The notes: generated by a model from the sequence alone, not told the origin. Shown: positions 32,829 to 42,942, numbered from the stretch's first letter. The stretch is 64,000 bases of DNA from Candidatus Marinacidobacterales bacterium (GCA_965219415.1 CBDCNP010000002.1:3392001-3456000); one strand, 5' to 3'. Numbers and translations are program-made.

Positions 32829-33915
32829 TGCCTTGGTGCACAACTCCGATAGAGGCCGAGAGCTCGCTTGGCCCCGACTCCCATCATCCGATCATCTCGC
32901 TATCAGGCATCCCGAGCGCCGTCATGGTGTTGAGAATCTTGCACCCGATCCTTGCCTCACCTCTCTGTGCCGCCAACCCTCTCGCTCGCATCGCTGAGCC
33001 CACGATAGCCTTGTAGCGATGGAACGTTGTCTCGACTTTGCTCCGTTTGCTGTAGCCCGATTCTGTGTGCCACTTTCGTTTGCCGAGCCGAGCTTGTGCT
33101 GCAATGTTGCGATTGCGCTGTCGGCTGCTCGCCGGCCCCGATGCGAGCAGGGCGCCCTTGCGCGGCGGTATCAGCACCCTCGGCGAGCGATGAGCGCTGT
33201 GATTCTCGATTGCCTCATAGACGCCGCCGGCGTCGTATGCGGTGTCAGCTCTGGCCGATGAGATGGGACTGTCGATCTGTCCGACAAGCGATGCAACCCG
33301 CGATGAATCGCGGGCTCTTTTGCTCGTCAGCTCGCCGGCGACGACTTCGCCACTCTGCTCGTCGACACACAGATGGAGCTTGCGATAGTCCCTGCTCTTT
33401 TGTGCTCTGCGCAGCTGGCCGGCGTGGACAGCGAGACCGCTGCTGTCGAACAAGATGTGCAACGGCGTCTTCTGCTTGACTGGGTAGAAGGGGACCTTAC
33501 CCAGCTTCGGCTTGCGCCTCGAGATCGTGGTGTGATCGGGCACATCACTGTCTAGCTTCATCAGAGCGAACAACGACCGCAGCAATCCCTCGCTCTGCCT
33601 AGATGACAGATGAAACACCATGCCCAGGGTGACAGCCGTCTCGATGGCGTGGTTCGAGTACTTGCGTTGACAGCCCGGTTTCCTCCTCCTTGGCCGGGGC
33701 GCGTCCCAGTTCACAAGCTTGCCGGCGGTGAGCGAGATCCAGACGGTCAGGCTCCCGCGGTTGCGTAGACCCGCCTCATATTCACGCCAATTCCTCACGC
33801 GATAGGCCTTCTTCACATACTTCCGCTGAGTGCGTTTGAAAATGCTCATGGGGAACCTCGTATCCGCGAGTACAGGACAATTGTGGACCGAGATCGCTAG
33901 TTGTGCACCAAGGCA
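32829..33915 (-). mobile_element. IS5 family (IS903-type) element, copy 2, inverted; transposase 32884-33849
   Basis: Same terminal repeats as copy 1; protein differs at 5 residues. Confidence 0.92.
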
Positions 33916-34192
33916 GCGACACGCAGGTGAAAGAGTACGTGCGTCAGGTTCGTCCTCCGACGCGCGCGCGATGGCCTGGCGCAGATCACAGGTGCCCCAA
34001 CGTGACCGCGTATTGGTTGATGTCGTCGCCGACGGCTTCACATGCCGCACGCTTGACGGCGTCTGGGGCTGGGCAATTGGGAAATCCCTGGGACAAGTTG
34101 AGCCCATCGTGGGTATGACAGAGCCGGGTCATCTCTCGAATGACCGACTCGGTAAAGCCATGGGTGCGCCGAGCTGTCGCGAGCTTCGACAT
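33916..34192 (-). pseudogene. 5' fragment of a class I/II aminotransferase, truncated by IS5
   Basis: FTESVIREMTRL...NLSQGFP...INQYA. Confidence 0.75.
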
Positions 34193-34254
34193 GGCGATCA
34201 TTATGCTTTAATGTAAAAGGTGGCAACGTTCGATAGTGCAAACAGGAGATTCTG

Positions 34255-35457
34255 ATGCTGCACGTACTAGCCCACACCACCCGGAGCGCTGTCGCGGCCC
34301 TCGTCGTCGCGATGCTCCTGCCTGCCCTGCTACACGCCGAGACGTCCCAGGCACCCGACGGCCTGCTACCGGTCGAGGCCCTTTCGCCGGGATTCCTGGG
34401 CATGTATCGCAAGGTCATGGAGATCGAGGACGACATCTCCAAGTATGCCGACAAGTACGACGTTGACCTGACGTTGGCACGCGCCCTGTGCATCCAAGAA
34501 TCTGGGGGCAACGCGAACCTGAACTCGTGGGCCGGCGCGAAAGGCTACTTCCAGGTCATGCCATCCACGTTCCGGACGCTGAAGGTCAAGACGAACGTCG
34601 AGGCGGGCATCAAGTACTTGTCGCAGATGATCCGGCGGTTCGACCGTGAGGACTACGCGCTTGGCGCATACAACGGTGGGCCGGGGCGGGTCGCCCGCGG
34701 CCGTCCTTTGCTCGAAACCCTGCAGTACATCCTGTTCGTAGGCCAGTACCGCAACGTCCTGAAGCTGCACGAGCCGTCGGTCCGGCATCACGCGTCCCAA
34801 ATGCAGCTTGACGAGGTCCGTGAGGGCGACGACTGGTGGACGATCTCCGAACGGCTTGATGTGTCGGTGTTGCAGCTCCGCATGCACAACCCGTTTCTGG
34901 CAACCCGCGCGCTGAGAGTCGGACAACTCGTCGCGTTCCCGCCGACGCCGCGCACGGATCTGTTCGTGTCCAATGGCGAGGGACTCGAGTATCGGACCCG
35001 CCACGGCGATAACTACCTGCTCCTGTCGTTCGTCCTCGACGTGGACCGAGACGAGCTGCGCGATCAGAACGGTCTCTGGCGCCTGCAGACACTTCCGGCC
35101 GACCAAGTGCTACAGATTCCGCTGACCTGGAAGGGAAAGTACAACGAGTACGAGACGAAGCCGGGTGACACCCTGAGGTCGGTGGCCAAGGTGATGAAGT
35201 CTCAGCCGTGGCGGATCATCCGGGACAACAACTTGTTCTGGGACGAGACGCTTCGGTCCGGTACGGTGCTCAAGGTGAGACCATCGCCGCCCAATCCAAC
35301 CTACGCCACCCACAAGGTGTCGCGCGGCGACACCCTCCTGGGCCTCGCGAGCAAGTACGGCACGAGCGTCCGAGCGATCCAGGCCGCCAACAACATGGGG
35401 CGTAAGACCACAATCCGAATCGGACATCGCCTTCGGGTGCCAACGCGCGCCAAATAG
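34255..35457 (+). CDS. Lytic transglycosylase (SLT domain) with LysM repeats
   Basis: QESGG, GYFQVMP.T and AYNGG motifs; several GDTL...A.KYG LysM units. Confidence 0.88.
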   Translation: MLHVLAHTTRSAVAALVVAMLLPALLHAETSQAPDGLLPVEALSPGFLGMYRKVMEIEDDISKYADKYDVDLTLARALCIQESGGNANLNSWAGAKGYFQVMPSTFRTLKVKTNVEAGIKYLSQMIRRFDREDYALGAYNGGPGRVARGRPLLETLQYILFVGQYRNVLKLHEPSVRHHASQMQLDEVREGDDWWTISERLDVSVLQLRMHNPFLATRALRVGQLVAFPPTPRTDLFVSNGEGLEYRTRHGDNYLLLSFVLDVDRDELRDQNGLWRLQTLPADQVLQIPLTWKGKYNEYETKPGDTLRSVAKVMKSQPWRIIRDNNLFWDETLRSGTVLKVRPSPPNPTYATHKVSRGDTLLGLASKYGTSVRAIQAANNMGRKTTIRIGHRLRVPTRAK

Positions 35458-35670
35458 GGGAGCGGGCGCTGAGCAGGCCGTGCGGCAGCAGAAAAGAGGC
35501 TGTGCTCTGCAAAAAAGTCGATCCAGCGTTGATTGCACGGTTTAGAGCTGCCATGCTCGGCTGCTTCGCGCCGGTCGACCCTAAGACGCCACCGGCGTCT
35601 TAGGAACGTGGAGAGGCTCGCTCGTGGAACTGTTTTCGAATATGGCCGCGGGTTGGCTTACAGCGTGGCC

Positions 35671-36511
35671 GGTGCTTGCGCTGTTTACTGTTAGTGATGT
35701 GTACGCATCCCGTTGCAAAAGAGGCGCTTACGCTCCATTTAGCGAGTAGCGGAGGTCACGAGCGCTATTTTGTCCCCCGCCCCACGATTTCTTTGGACAG
35801 TGATTTGAGAAACTACATCAGAGGAGGATGACGATATGTCCAGAGGAATGAAGGGGGAATCTGTGGTTGCGCAGGGAGCCCGGAGGGTGACCGAAGTGCT
35901 CTCAGATTCAGCGCGCGGCGTCAAGGGCCGGTGGTCGTCGCGGTGCAAGGTGAGCTTGGTATTGGAGCTGTTGCGTGGAGCCGAACTGGAGACGACGAGG
36001 CGGAAGTACGGTGTCACGGGCGCGACGTTGACGCATTGGCGCGAGGCGTTTCTCGTGGGAGGCGAGAACGGGTTGAAGAGCCGGACCGTCGATGTCGTCG
36101 ACGAAGAGCAGAAGAGACTGCAATCGGCCGTAACCGGCCTGGAGATGGACAATGAACTGTTGCGGGAACAGATATCCGGCAGTTGGAGGACGAGAAGCCT
36201 TTTCTACGGTGGAGGTCGAAGAAATGAAGGAACAACTGCTCTGGGTTCGCCACTTCCAATCAATTCCGGAACTGCTCGAAGCCCTTCAGCACTTCCGCGA
36301 ACTCTACAACCAGAACTGGCTCATAGAGCGTCTTGGCTTTCAATCGCCCGTTCAGGCAAGACAACGCCTTGCTCTCAAAACGGCCGCTTGATTATGGTGA
36401 GTTCAATCTGTCCAAGAAATCAGGGGCGGTACACGAGCGCTATTTTGGCTGTAATTTAAGGCACCGTAAAGTCTTAGTGTCATCTCACCAACACTTAATG
36501 GCGGAAGCACC
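35671..36511. mobile_element. MITE 'A' copy 1, interrupted by an IS3-like element
   Basis: Left part 35671-35770 and right part 36434-36511 match the intact copy at 36983. Confidence 0.85.
35771..36433 (+). mobile_element. Internally deleted IS3-like element
   Basis: TGT...ACA ends with imperfect inverted repeats (CCGCCCC..GATTTCTT.GGACAG); HTH-type orfA from 35836 joined to an orfB tail KEQLLWVRHF...LYNQNWLIERLG. Confidence 0.75.
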
Positions 36512-36551
36512 CTCGTTGGTGTAACCTCGCCATACGGAGGTGCGTTGCAAA

Positions 36552-36967
36552 ATGAAACGAGTGCGTGACCTGATGACCACCAACCCCAGGACCCTCGGAC
36601 GAAACGATCTGCTCAAGGTGGCGGATGACCTGATGACGACTGAGCGGATCCGGCATCTGCCGGTCCCTGGACGATGCGGGCAATCTCGCCGGGGTCCTGA
36701 CCCAGCGGGATCTCTTCCACGGCGCCTTGGTCCGAGCCCTTGGGTTCGGAAACGCCGCCCGCGAGAAGATGCTAAACGTCGATCCCCGTCAAGGAGGTCA
36801 TGACAGGCGATGTTGAGACGACCACACCGAGCACGCCGCTCGCCTACGCCGCGCGGGAGATGGTGGCGCGCAAGATCGGTTGTCTCCCGGTCGTGGAGCA
36901 CAACGCGCTCGTCGGCATCCTCACGGAGGGCGATTTCGTGGCCCTGGTGGCAACGATGGGTGTTTGA
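36552..36967 (+). pseudogene. CBS domain protein, frameshifted
   Basis: VRDLMT.NP, IRHLPV, KEVMT, KIGCLPVV and LVGILTEGDF across frames. Confidence 0.8.
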
Positions 36968-36982
36968 ATCGAACGACGTCGG

Positions 36983-37148
36983 GGTGCTTGCGCCATTTAC
37001 TGTTGGTGATGTGTGCGCATCCCTTTGCGAAAGAGGCGCTTACGCTCCATTTAGTGCGCAGCGAAGGTCACGAGCGCTATTTTGGCTGTAATTTAATGCA
37101 CCGTAAAGTCTTAGCGTCATCTCACCAACACTTAATGGCGGAAGCACC
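36983..37148. mobile_element. MITE 'A' copy 2, intact, 166 bp, non-coding
   Basis: Terminal inverted repeats GGTGCTTGCGCCATTTACTGTTGGTGA / TCACCAACACTTAATGGCGGAAGCACC (3 mismatches in 27); no flanking duplication seen. Confidence 0.88.
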
Positions 37149-37244
37149 CATTTGTGTGCCATGGCGGCATTCTTGCGCACGTGAGCGTGGTTTGCCTACA
37201 GTGCTGTCGCGTGCTCCATACCGCGCTAGGAGGAAAACATCTAA

Positions 37245-37961
37245 ATGAGCAAAGATAACTGGAGTGATCTTGCGTCGGCGCTCAACTCCAAGCTAAAACT
37301 GCAAGCCACACCTATTGCCATCACTTTTTCCAACGACTTCCAAGGAGTTCCGCCATTCGAGGGACCGACCCCGGCGCCGATGCCCGATGGGCGGACTGGC
37401 AAGGTCCCTGCGGGCTGCGTTTTCTGGATGAAGGCAACGGACCGTACGTTTAGCACCGTCGCCGAAGATCACGGCAATTGCAGTGTCGGAAGCTTGACGC
37501 ACGGCCTCAAGACAATGGACGAAGTAGCCGGCAATAGCGACGTGGCTGCGCTCCTAGATAGCGGATGGGTCACGATGGATGTCGTCCCGCAAATCCCGGT
37601 GGTCAAGACCAAGTACCGCTACATTACCTACGGACCGCTCGTGGAGAGCTCGGATCCGGACGTGGTCGTCGTTCGCCTCAACGCAACACAACTTATGGTC
37701 CTTCATGACGCAATCCCCGGTCTTCGCTTCGAGGGAAAACCCCAGTGTCACATCGTCGCCATCGCCAAAGAGCAAGGTGAAATCGCGGCCAGTGTCGGGT
37801 GCATGCTAAGCCGGGTCCGTACAGGGATGTCACCCAGCGAAGTGACGTGCGCGATCCCGGCCTCCAAGCTGGGCGACGTCATCGAGGCGCTCGATTCCAC
37901 TTGCGTGGCGGACGGCAAGGTGGCGACGTACGCTGCAGAAGATGGAAAGCGATTCGCCTAG
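37245..37961 (+). CDS. DUF169 family protein
   Basis: AGGAGG ribosome-binding site; GCVFW, NCSVG, DPDVVVV, PQC and SVGC..SR motifs. Confidence 0.75.
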   Translation: MSKDNWSDLASALNSKLKLQATPIAITFSNDFQGVPPFEGPTPAPMPDGRTGKVPAGCVFWMKATDRTFSTVAEDHGNCSVGSLTHGLKTMDEVAGNSDVAALLDSGWVTMDVVPQIPVVKTKYRYITYGPLVESSDPDVVVVRLNATQLMVLHDAIPGLRFEGKPQCHIVAIAKEQGEIAASVGCMLSRVRTGMSPSEVTCAIPASKLGDVIEALDSTCVADGKVATYAAEDGKRFA

Positions 37962-37970
37962 GACCCTAAG

Positions 37971-38329
37971 GGTGCTTGCGCCATTTACTGTTGGTGATGT
38001 GTGCGCATCCTTTTGCAAAAGAGGCGCTTACGCTCCATTTAGCGCACAGCGAAGGTCACGAGCGCTATTTTTGTACCGCCCCTGATTTCTTGGACAGATT
38101 GAACTCATCATAATCAAGCGGCCGTTTCGAGAGCAAGGCGGCATACCGGCACCGTCACCACCGACCGGCCGAACCAGATGTGGGGCATTGATGCGACGGC
38201 GACGGTAACGTTCGATGATGGCCAGGTCACTGTTTTTGCCGCCGTTGATCACTGTACGGCCGAGTGCGTCGGCATTCATGCCGTGAAACGCGCCACGCGC
38301 TTCGAAGCCCTCGAACCGATCCGTCAAGG
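37971..38329. mobile_element. MITE 'A' copy 3 (left part, 37971-38071) followed by IS3-like remnants
   Basis: IS end TGTACCGCCCCTGATTTCTTGGACAG at 38072; integrase fragment WGIDAT...AVDHCTAEC. Confidence 0.8.
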
Positions 38330-38936
38330 CCGTCTGGTCAAAATACTCGAACGCCCAGCGGGTCAGCGGTTTGCACCTTTCCAAGGGCTGCTTGAATCCG
38401 GCATCGCGGTCGGATACGTATTCCTTCCGGGTGCACAGTTCGTTGCCTGCAGCTCGCCCCGCAGCCGATTTGAGCCAGCCGTGCGCACCCCCGGTGGGCC
38501 TGTCGCCCACCACCCGCAGCCCAAGGTCGGAAGCCAGCCCTACGGCGCGAAATACCCTGGATTCTGCGCGGATTCAAAGGGCGTCTAAGCTGCTGATTTG
38601 CGATCTATTTCAAAAGGGTCGAGTTTTGGCACAGGACGGGGTCTAAAATGCACAATCAACGCTGGGTCGACTTTTTACGGAGCACTAGTCGTAGTACCAA
38701 ACTTGCTTCGTCCAGGGATGAGGGCTGGCTTGCGGTTATCGAAGAAAATCACATTGGCCTTGACCCGTCTGGTCAAAATACTCGAACGCGCAGCGGGTCA
38801 GCAGTTTGCACCTTTCCAAGGGCTAAATAGACCATAAATCAGCAGCTTAGTGTCTATGGTGCGCTCCCGTGAACGGCTTGGCGGGTTGCTACGTTTCTAC
38901 CATCGGGAAGCCGCAGAAGTATTTTGACCTCACGGG
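38330..38936. mobile_element. Cluster of nested IS ends: 'B' left ends at 38330 and 38765, 'C' end to 38639, 'B' right end to 38936
   Basis: CCGTCTGGTCAAAATACTC, GAGTTTTGGCACAGGACGG and GTATTTTGACCTCACGG motifs shared with other copies in the window. Confidence 0.75.
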
Positions 38937-39142
38937 CATTATTTATCCTTCGCTCGCCTCCTCGGCTCGCTCGGCCGGCCGGGCTCTTCGCCCGCGGGCG
39001 CCTCGGTTCGAAGGCGGGAGCTTCGACGTCCACAATGCCTGAGCTACTGAACCAACAGGAACTCCGCCGTCGGTTGCCATGCCCGCTGGCCGCGTCTAGA
39101 CTTCCGCTTTGGGTTGTGACGATTGGAATGGGAATGTTGTCA

Positions 39143-39670
39143 ATGAAGCGAATCGCTGGCTGGGCTCTTGGTGTGATGTTTATCGGAGGCTCCCTGGGTG
39201 CTGCCGAATTACAGGTTGGCGACGAGGCACCCGACTTCGAGCTCCAAGGCACCGACGGAAAGTCCTACCGGCTCTCCGAGCTAAGGGGCAAGGCTGTGGT
39301 TCTTGCGTGGTTTCCGAAGGCGTTTACCGGTGGTTGAACGGCCGAATGCAAGTCGCTCCGTGAGAGCGGCGACGAAATCCGTGCTTTTGCGGTCAACTAC
39401 TTCGCCGCGAGCTGTGACACGGTCAAGACTAACAAGGAATTCGCCGAATCTCTCTCGCTCGACTATCCGATCCTGAGCGATCCCGACAAAGGCGTCGCGA
39501 AGTCCTATGGGGTCGTAACGGCGGAGCGTGAATTGCCGCACCGCTGGACTTACTATGTCGACGCCGAAGGCAAGATCCTCTACATCGACAGAAGCGTCAA
39601 CACGCACAGCGCGGGAGCGGATGTCGCGGCGCGATTGAAGAGGCTCGGAGTGCCGGCCTTGAGCAAGTAA
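39143..39670 (+). CDS. BCP/PrxQ-type peroxiredoxin, predicted selenoprotein (Sec at TGA 39335-39337)
   Basis: [19 protein letters not shown] stays in frame through [10 protein letters not shown] and RWTYYVD to TAA 39670; hairpin 14 nt after the TGA. Confidence 0.85.
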
Positions 39671-39821
39671 GACCGGCGAGAGCCTCCTCTCTCGGCAACA
39701 AGCTCCTCACACCTCTGTCGGCAAGCGCGAATGACGCTGGCCCCATCGTGTCGCGAGAGCGACTTGGGGGCATTCTCAACTACTACTGCCGTGCTGCGTA
39801 GATGGTCGCCGGCGACGGTAG

Positions 39822-40297
39822 CCGTCTGGTCAAAATATTCGAACGCCCAGCGGATCAGCAGTTTGCACCTTTCCAAAAGGCTGTTTGAATCCGCCATCGC
39901 GGTCGGATACGTATTCCAGTTCAGCGGAAGGAGTCGCGATGGACTGGAAGACCATGCTGAGTTACATCTCAGGATCCGTGGATGAGGAATTGCTCCTGCG
40001 CAACGAGTATCTTGTGGCTGAGAATCGAGTTCTTCGAAATGAGATCCAGGGTCGTTTGCATCTGACCGATGGCGAAAGGCGGTCTCTGGCCGAGCTCGGA
40101 AAGTGTCTGGGTAAGCAAGCCCTTGATGAGGTCGCGAGTATCGTGAACCCCGACACGATCCTAGGTTGGCACCGGAGGCTTGTCGCGAAGAAGTTCGATA
40201 GCTCCAAGAACCGTCAGTATCCAGGGCGACCGCGGGTCGACGCCGACATCGAAAAGCTGGTGGTGCGTCTCGCCAAGGAGAACAAGTCCTGGGGTTG
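39822..40297 (+). mobile_element. 3'-truncated copy of integrase-core element 'B'
   Basis: B left end, then MDWKTMLSY...ENKSWG, where the match stops. Confidence 0.85.
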
Positions 40298-40381
40298 AAG
40301 TTGAAGCAAGGTCAATCCAGAGTGGAGGGGAGCCGTGAACTTCAGGCCTAGCTATGATTCCGAAACGTCCCGGTGCGTGGG

Positions 40382-40557
40382 TGTGCCTTCTATTTATTCA
40401 TCCGCGCGCCCCGAACTTGATCGATCTCCGGTCTCCCGGGACCATGCCTGCATGATCTCGTCGTTTGTTCGCGCTCGGCCCTTGGCACGGCCGCAAACAC
40501 AGACACTAAGTTGCTGATTTATGGGCTATTTCAAAAAGGGCCGAGTTTTGGCATAGG
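40382..40557. mobile_element. Chimeric MITE of about 178 bp ('D' left end fused to an inverted 'C' end), copy 1
   Basis: Near-identical copies at 43249-43426 and 62184-62362. Confidence 0.8.
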
Positions 40558-40799
40558 AAGGGAACCGCGAGCCTTGGGGCGAGCGCATCGACATCGAGTC
40601 TTGAGATGCTCGTAATCCAACAGTAAGCCGTCTATGGCCCCGCCCTTGCCGGCTCGGGTGATTTCGGGCAATGGGCTGAAGGATTATGACATCGACGGAG
40701 TAAATTCGGTGTGCACCCTGGCCAGATGCCACACTTGTGAGAAGATGATGATGGCATTCCACCACGACCAACGCGCATGAATCCGAAAACACACGCCAC

Positions 40800-41605
40800 G
40801 GTATTGTCAAGTTGGCGTTGAGCGAGCGAACCTATCGCGTCGAGCTGATTTCCTTTGCTCTCATCGGACGGCACAGGTTACCTCCTGCCAGGCGATGAAA
40901 GCGCGGTCTCGTAGCTCCCGATGATGATGCGCTTGCAACAAATGCCGTCCGACGCGAAAGAGGTTTTGCACGAGTCCATGCACGGTCAAGAATCGTTGCG
41001 CCTGCCCAGGAGTTTTAAACTTCCGCATCTGTCGTTCCCGTTGTCGCGTCGGTTCGTGCGAGACTTCGGCTAGGTTGTTTCTGTACTGGTCAGTGTCGTG
41101 GACGACGGACGGCATGACCTCGCGGTGAGCGGCACTGTAGCTTCTCAGTTTGTCGGTGACCAGCTGCCAAGGCGGGCGGCCTTGCCCTTTCAACAGCTTG
41201 CGGAAGAATCGTTTGGCGGCTTTCTGATCACGGCGAGGCTGGACGAGGATATCAATCACATCACCATCTTGGTCTACCGCGCGCCAGAGGTATTGGCGTT
41301 CACCTTGTATCTTTATGAAGACCTCGTCTAGGTGCCACGTGTCACCGAGACGACCTTGCCGACGCTTCAGTCGCCGAGCGTATTCCGGCCCGAACTTGAT
41401 GCACCAAAGTCGGATCGCTTCGTAGGAAACCGTGATGCCTCGCTGAGCAAGCAGCTCTTCGACGTCTCGAAAGCTCACGCAGAATCGGTGGTAGAGCCAG
41501 ACGGCGTGGCTGATGATTTCCGGTGGAAATCGATAGCCGTGGTAGCTTGGCGCATCGGTTTTCATTGGACCATTCTGTCAGTCACCAGCTCAATTTGACA
41601 GTACC
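40800..41605 (-). mobile_element. IS6 family element; transposase 40861-41565
   Basis: Inverted repeats GGTATTGTCAAGTTG / CAATTTGACAGTACC; WHLDE, YLWRAVD, VTDKL.SY and NN.AE.SH motifs; no target duplication. Confidence 0.93.
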
Positions 41606-42167
41606 TTAGCGAATGCTCCAACCAGGGCCGTGAATCCTGCGAAGACCGCGTGAATCACAGCGAGAACCGTCACCGAAATCCGGAAGCTGGTCATGGAGAC
41701 ATGATATATCCCTGCTGGGTACCTACCTAATTGCCGGCCAAAACAGTCGGCGGTTTCGGACATGTAGGGGACGAGCCGCGCGTGGTAGACGTTGCGGTTT
41801 TGACCGCGGCACACGGGCTGTGCGCCGGGGAAGAACTGCAGGAGGTCAGTGCGGAGTTGAGGCCAAATCCGAGACAAGTAAGGAAATCAAGGAGGCTCAG
41901 TCGCACCTGGACCAGAACATGCTAGGGCAGCCATGCCGCGGTAGCCTCGGCCTCGATTCTGGGCTTCTCGGGTGGTATCTTTTCCGCTGCCGCACGGCCC
42001 GGTCAACGCCTGCACCCCTATTTGGCGCAAACTTGGCACTCGAAAATCGAGATTAGAGACGAAAACCAAAAATGACGCCCTTTCAGCCCTTGTGCCTTAC
42101 CCTACCGGGATCCCATACCAGCAATTGAAGACGCGGGCGGCTGTTTTTTGTACCTACCGCTGTGTTG

Positions 42168-42186
42168 TGATAACATTTTGATAGCA
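42168..42186 (+). promoter_or_regulatory. Putative autoregulatory operator of the toxin-antitoxin operon
   Basis: TGATAACA-ttt-TGATAGCA about 20 bp upstream of the antitoxin ATG; TGATAGCA is the Neisseria FitAB half-site. Confidence 0.5.
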
Positions 42187-42205
42187 TTAAGTTCTGGAGA
42201 AAGCC

Positions 42206-42463
42206 ATGGCAACAGTCAACGTGCGGCAACTCGATGACCACGTAGTGCAGCGTCTCAAGCGGCGCGCCGCCGCGAACAATCGTTCCCTGGAGAGCGAGGC
42301 GCGGCACATTCTCTCCGCCGCCGCCGAAGACGATATGGCGATGAAGCGGAAGTCCTTCCAAGAGCTAGCTGTAAAACTGCGACGCGGCACCAAGGGTCGC
42401 GTACAGACACCGTCTGAAATTCTCATCCGGGAAGATCGCGAGAGCGGACATCGGATTGTCTAA
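42206..42463 (+). CDS. FitA-like ribbon-helix-helix antitoxin
   Basis: MATVNVRQLDD.V..RLK.RAA.N.RSLE.EAR.IL. Confidence 0.85.
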   Translation: MATVNVRQLDDHVVQRLKRRAAANNRSLESEARHILSAAAEDDMAMKRKSFQELAVKLRRGTKGRVQTPSEILIREDRESGHRIV

Positions 42464-42894
42464 TGCGCTTGGTCGTGGACGCCAGCGTTGCGGTCAAGTG
42501 GCTGGTCGAGGAAGAGGGATCAGCATCGGCGGAGCGGCTGCTCGAAGGCGACCATGACCTGCACGCACCGCGCCTGATGGTATCTGAGATCGCCAATGCG
42601 CTGTGGCGCAAGGCCCGGCTGGGCGAGATTGGGCACGGCGAGGCCGGGGTGCTAGCTGCTGCCGTTCGTGAAATGCCGATCCGCTGGTCCGATGACGAGC
42701 TCATTTGTGCGGACGCGGTCCGCCTTGCACTTGCGCTCGACAGGCCGGTCTACGATTGCGTTTACTTGGCGCTCGCGCATCGCATCGGCGCCACGCTGGT
42801 GACGGCTGATACGCGCTTCGCGAATGCCGTGGCAGCGACCGAGCACGGCGGCGCGGTGGCGATTCTAGAGGACTTGGTGATGGGTCCAGAGTGA
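42463..42894 (+). CDS. VapC/PIN domain toxin
   Basis: VVDASVAVKW, EIANAL, YD.VYLALA and LVTAD motifs; TAATG coupling to the antitoxin. Confidence 0.9.
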   Translation: MRLVVDASVAVKWLVEEEGSASAERLLEGDHDLHAPRLMVSEIANALWRKARLGEIGHGEAGVLAAAVREMPIRWSDDELICADAVRLALALDRPVYDCVYLALAHRIGATLVTADTRFANAVAATEHGGAVAILEDLVMGPE

Positions 42895-42942
42895 TGGCCG
42901 ACGCGGCGACGATTGATTCCGCATGCCGGAAACGGCGGAGAA

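Noticed and set aside
34195-34225. AT-rich stretch resembling a dif/Xer site
   Set aside because: The XerC and XerD arms do not match; it is more simply a divergent promoter region.
35671-38071. A repeats read as a CRISPR array or attC sites
   Set aside because: The units are 166 bp with gene-sized spacers. I found no cas or intI gene and no RYYYAAC/GTTRRRY core pair.
40290-40298. TGA after ENKSWG as a second selenocysteine codon
   Set aside because: It is the truncation point of a B transposase (GGTTAC in full copies) and homology does not continue.
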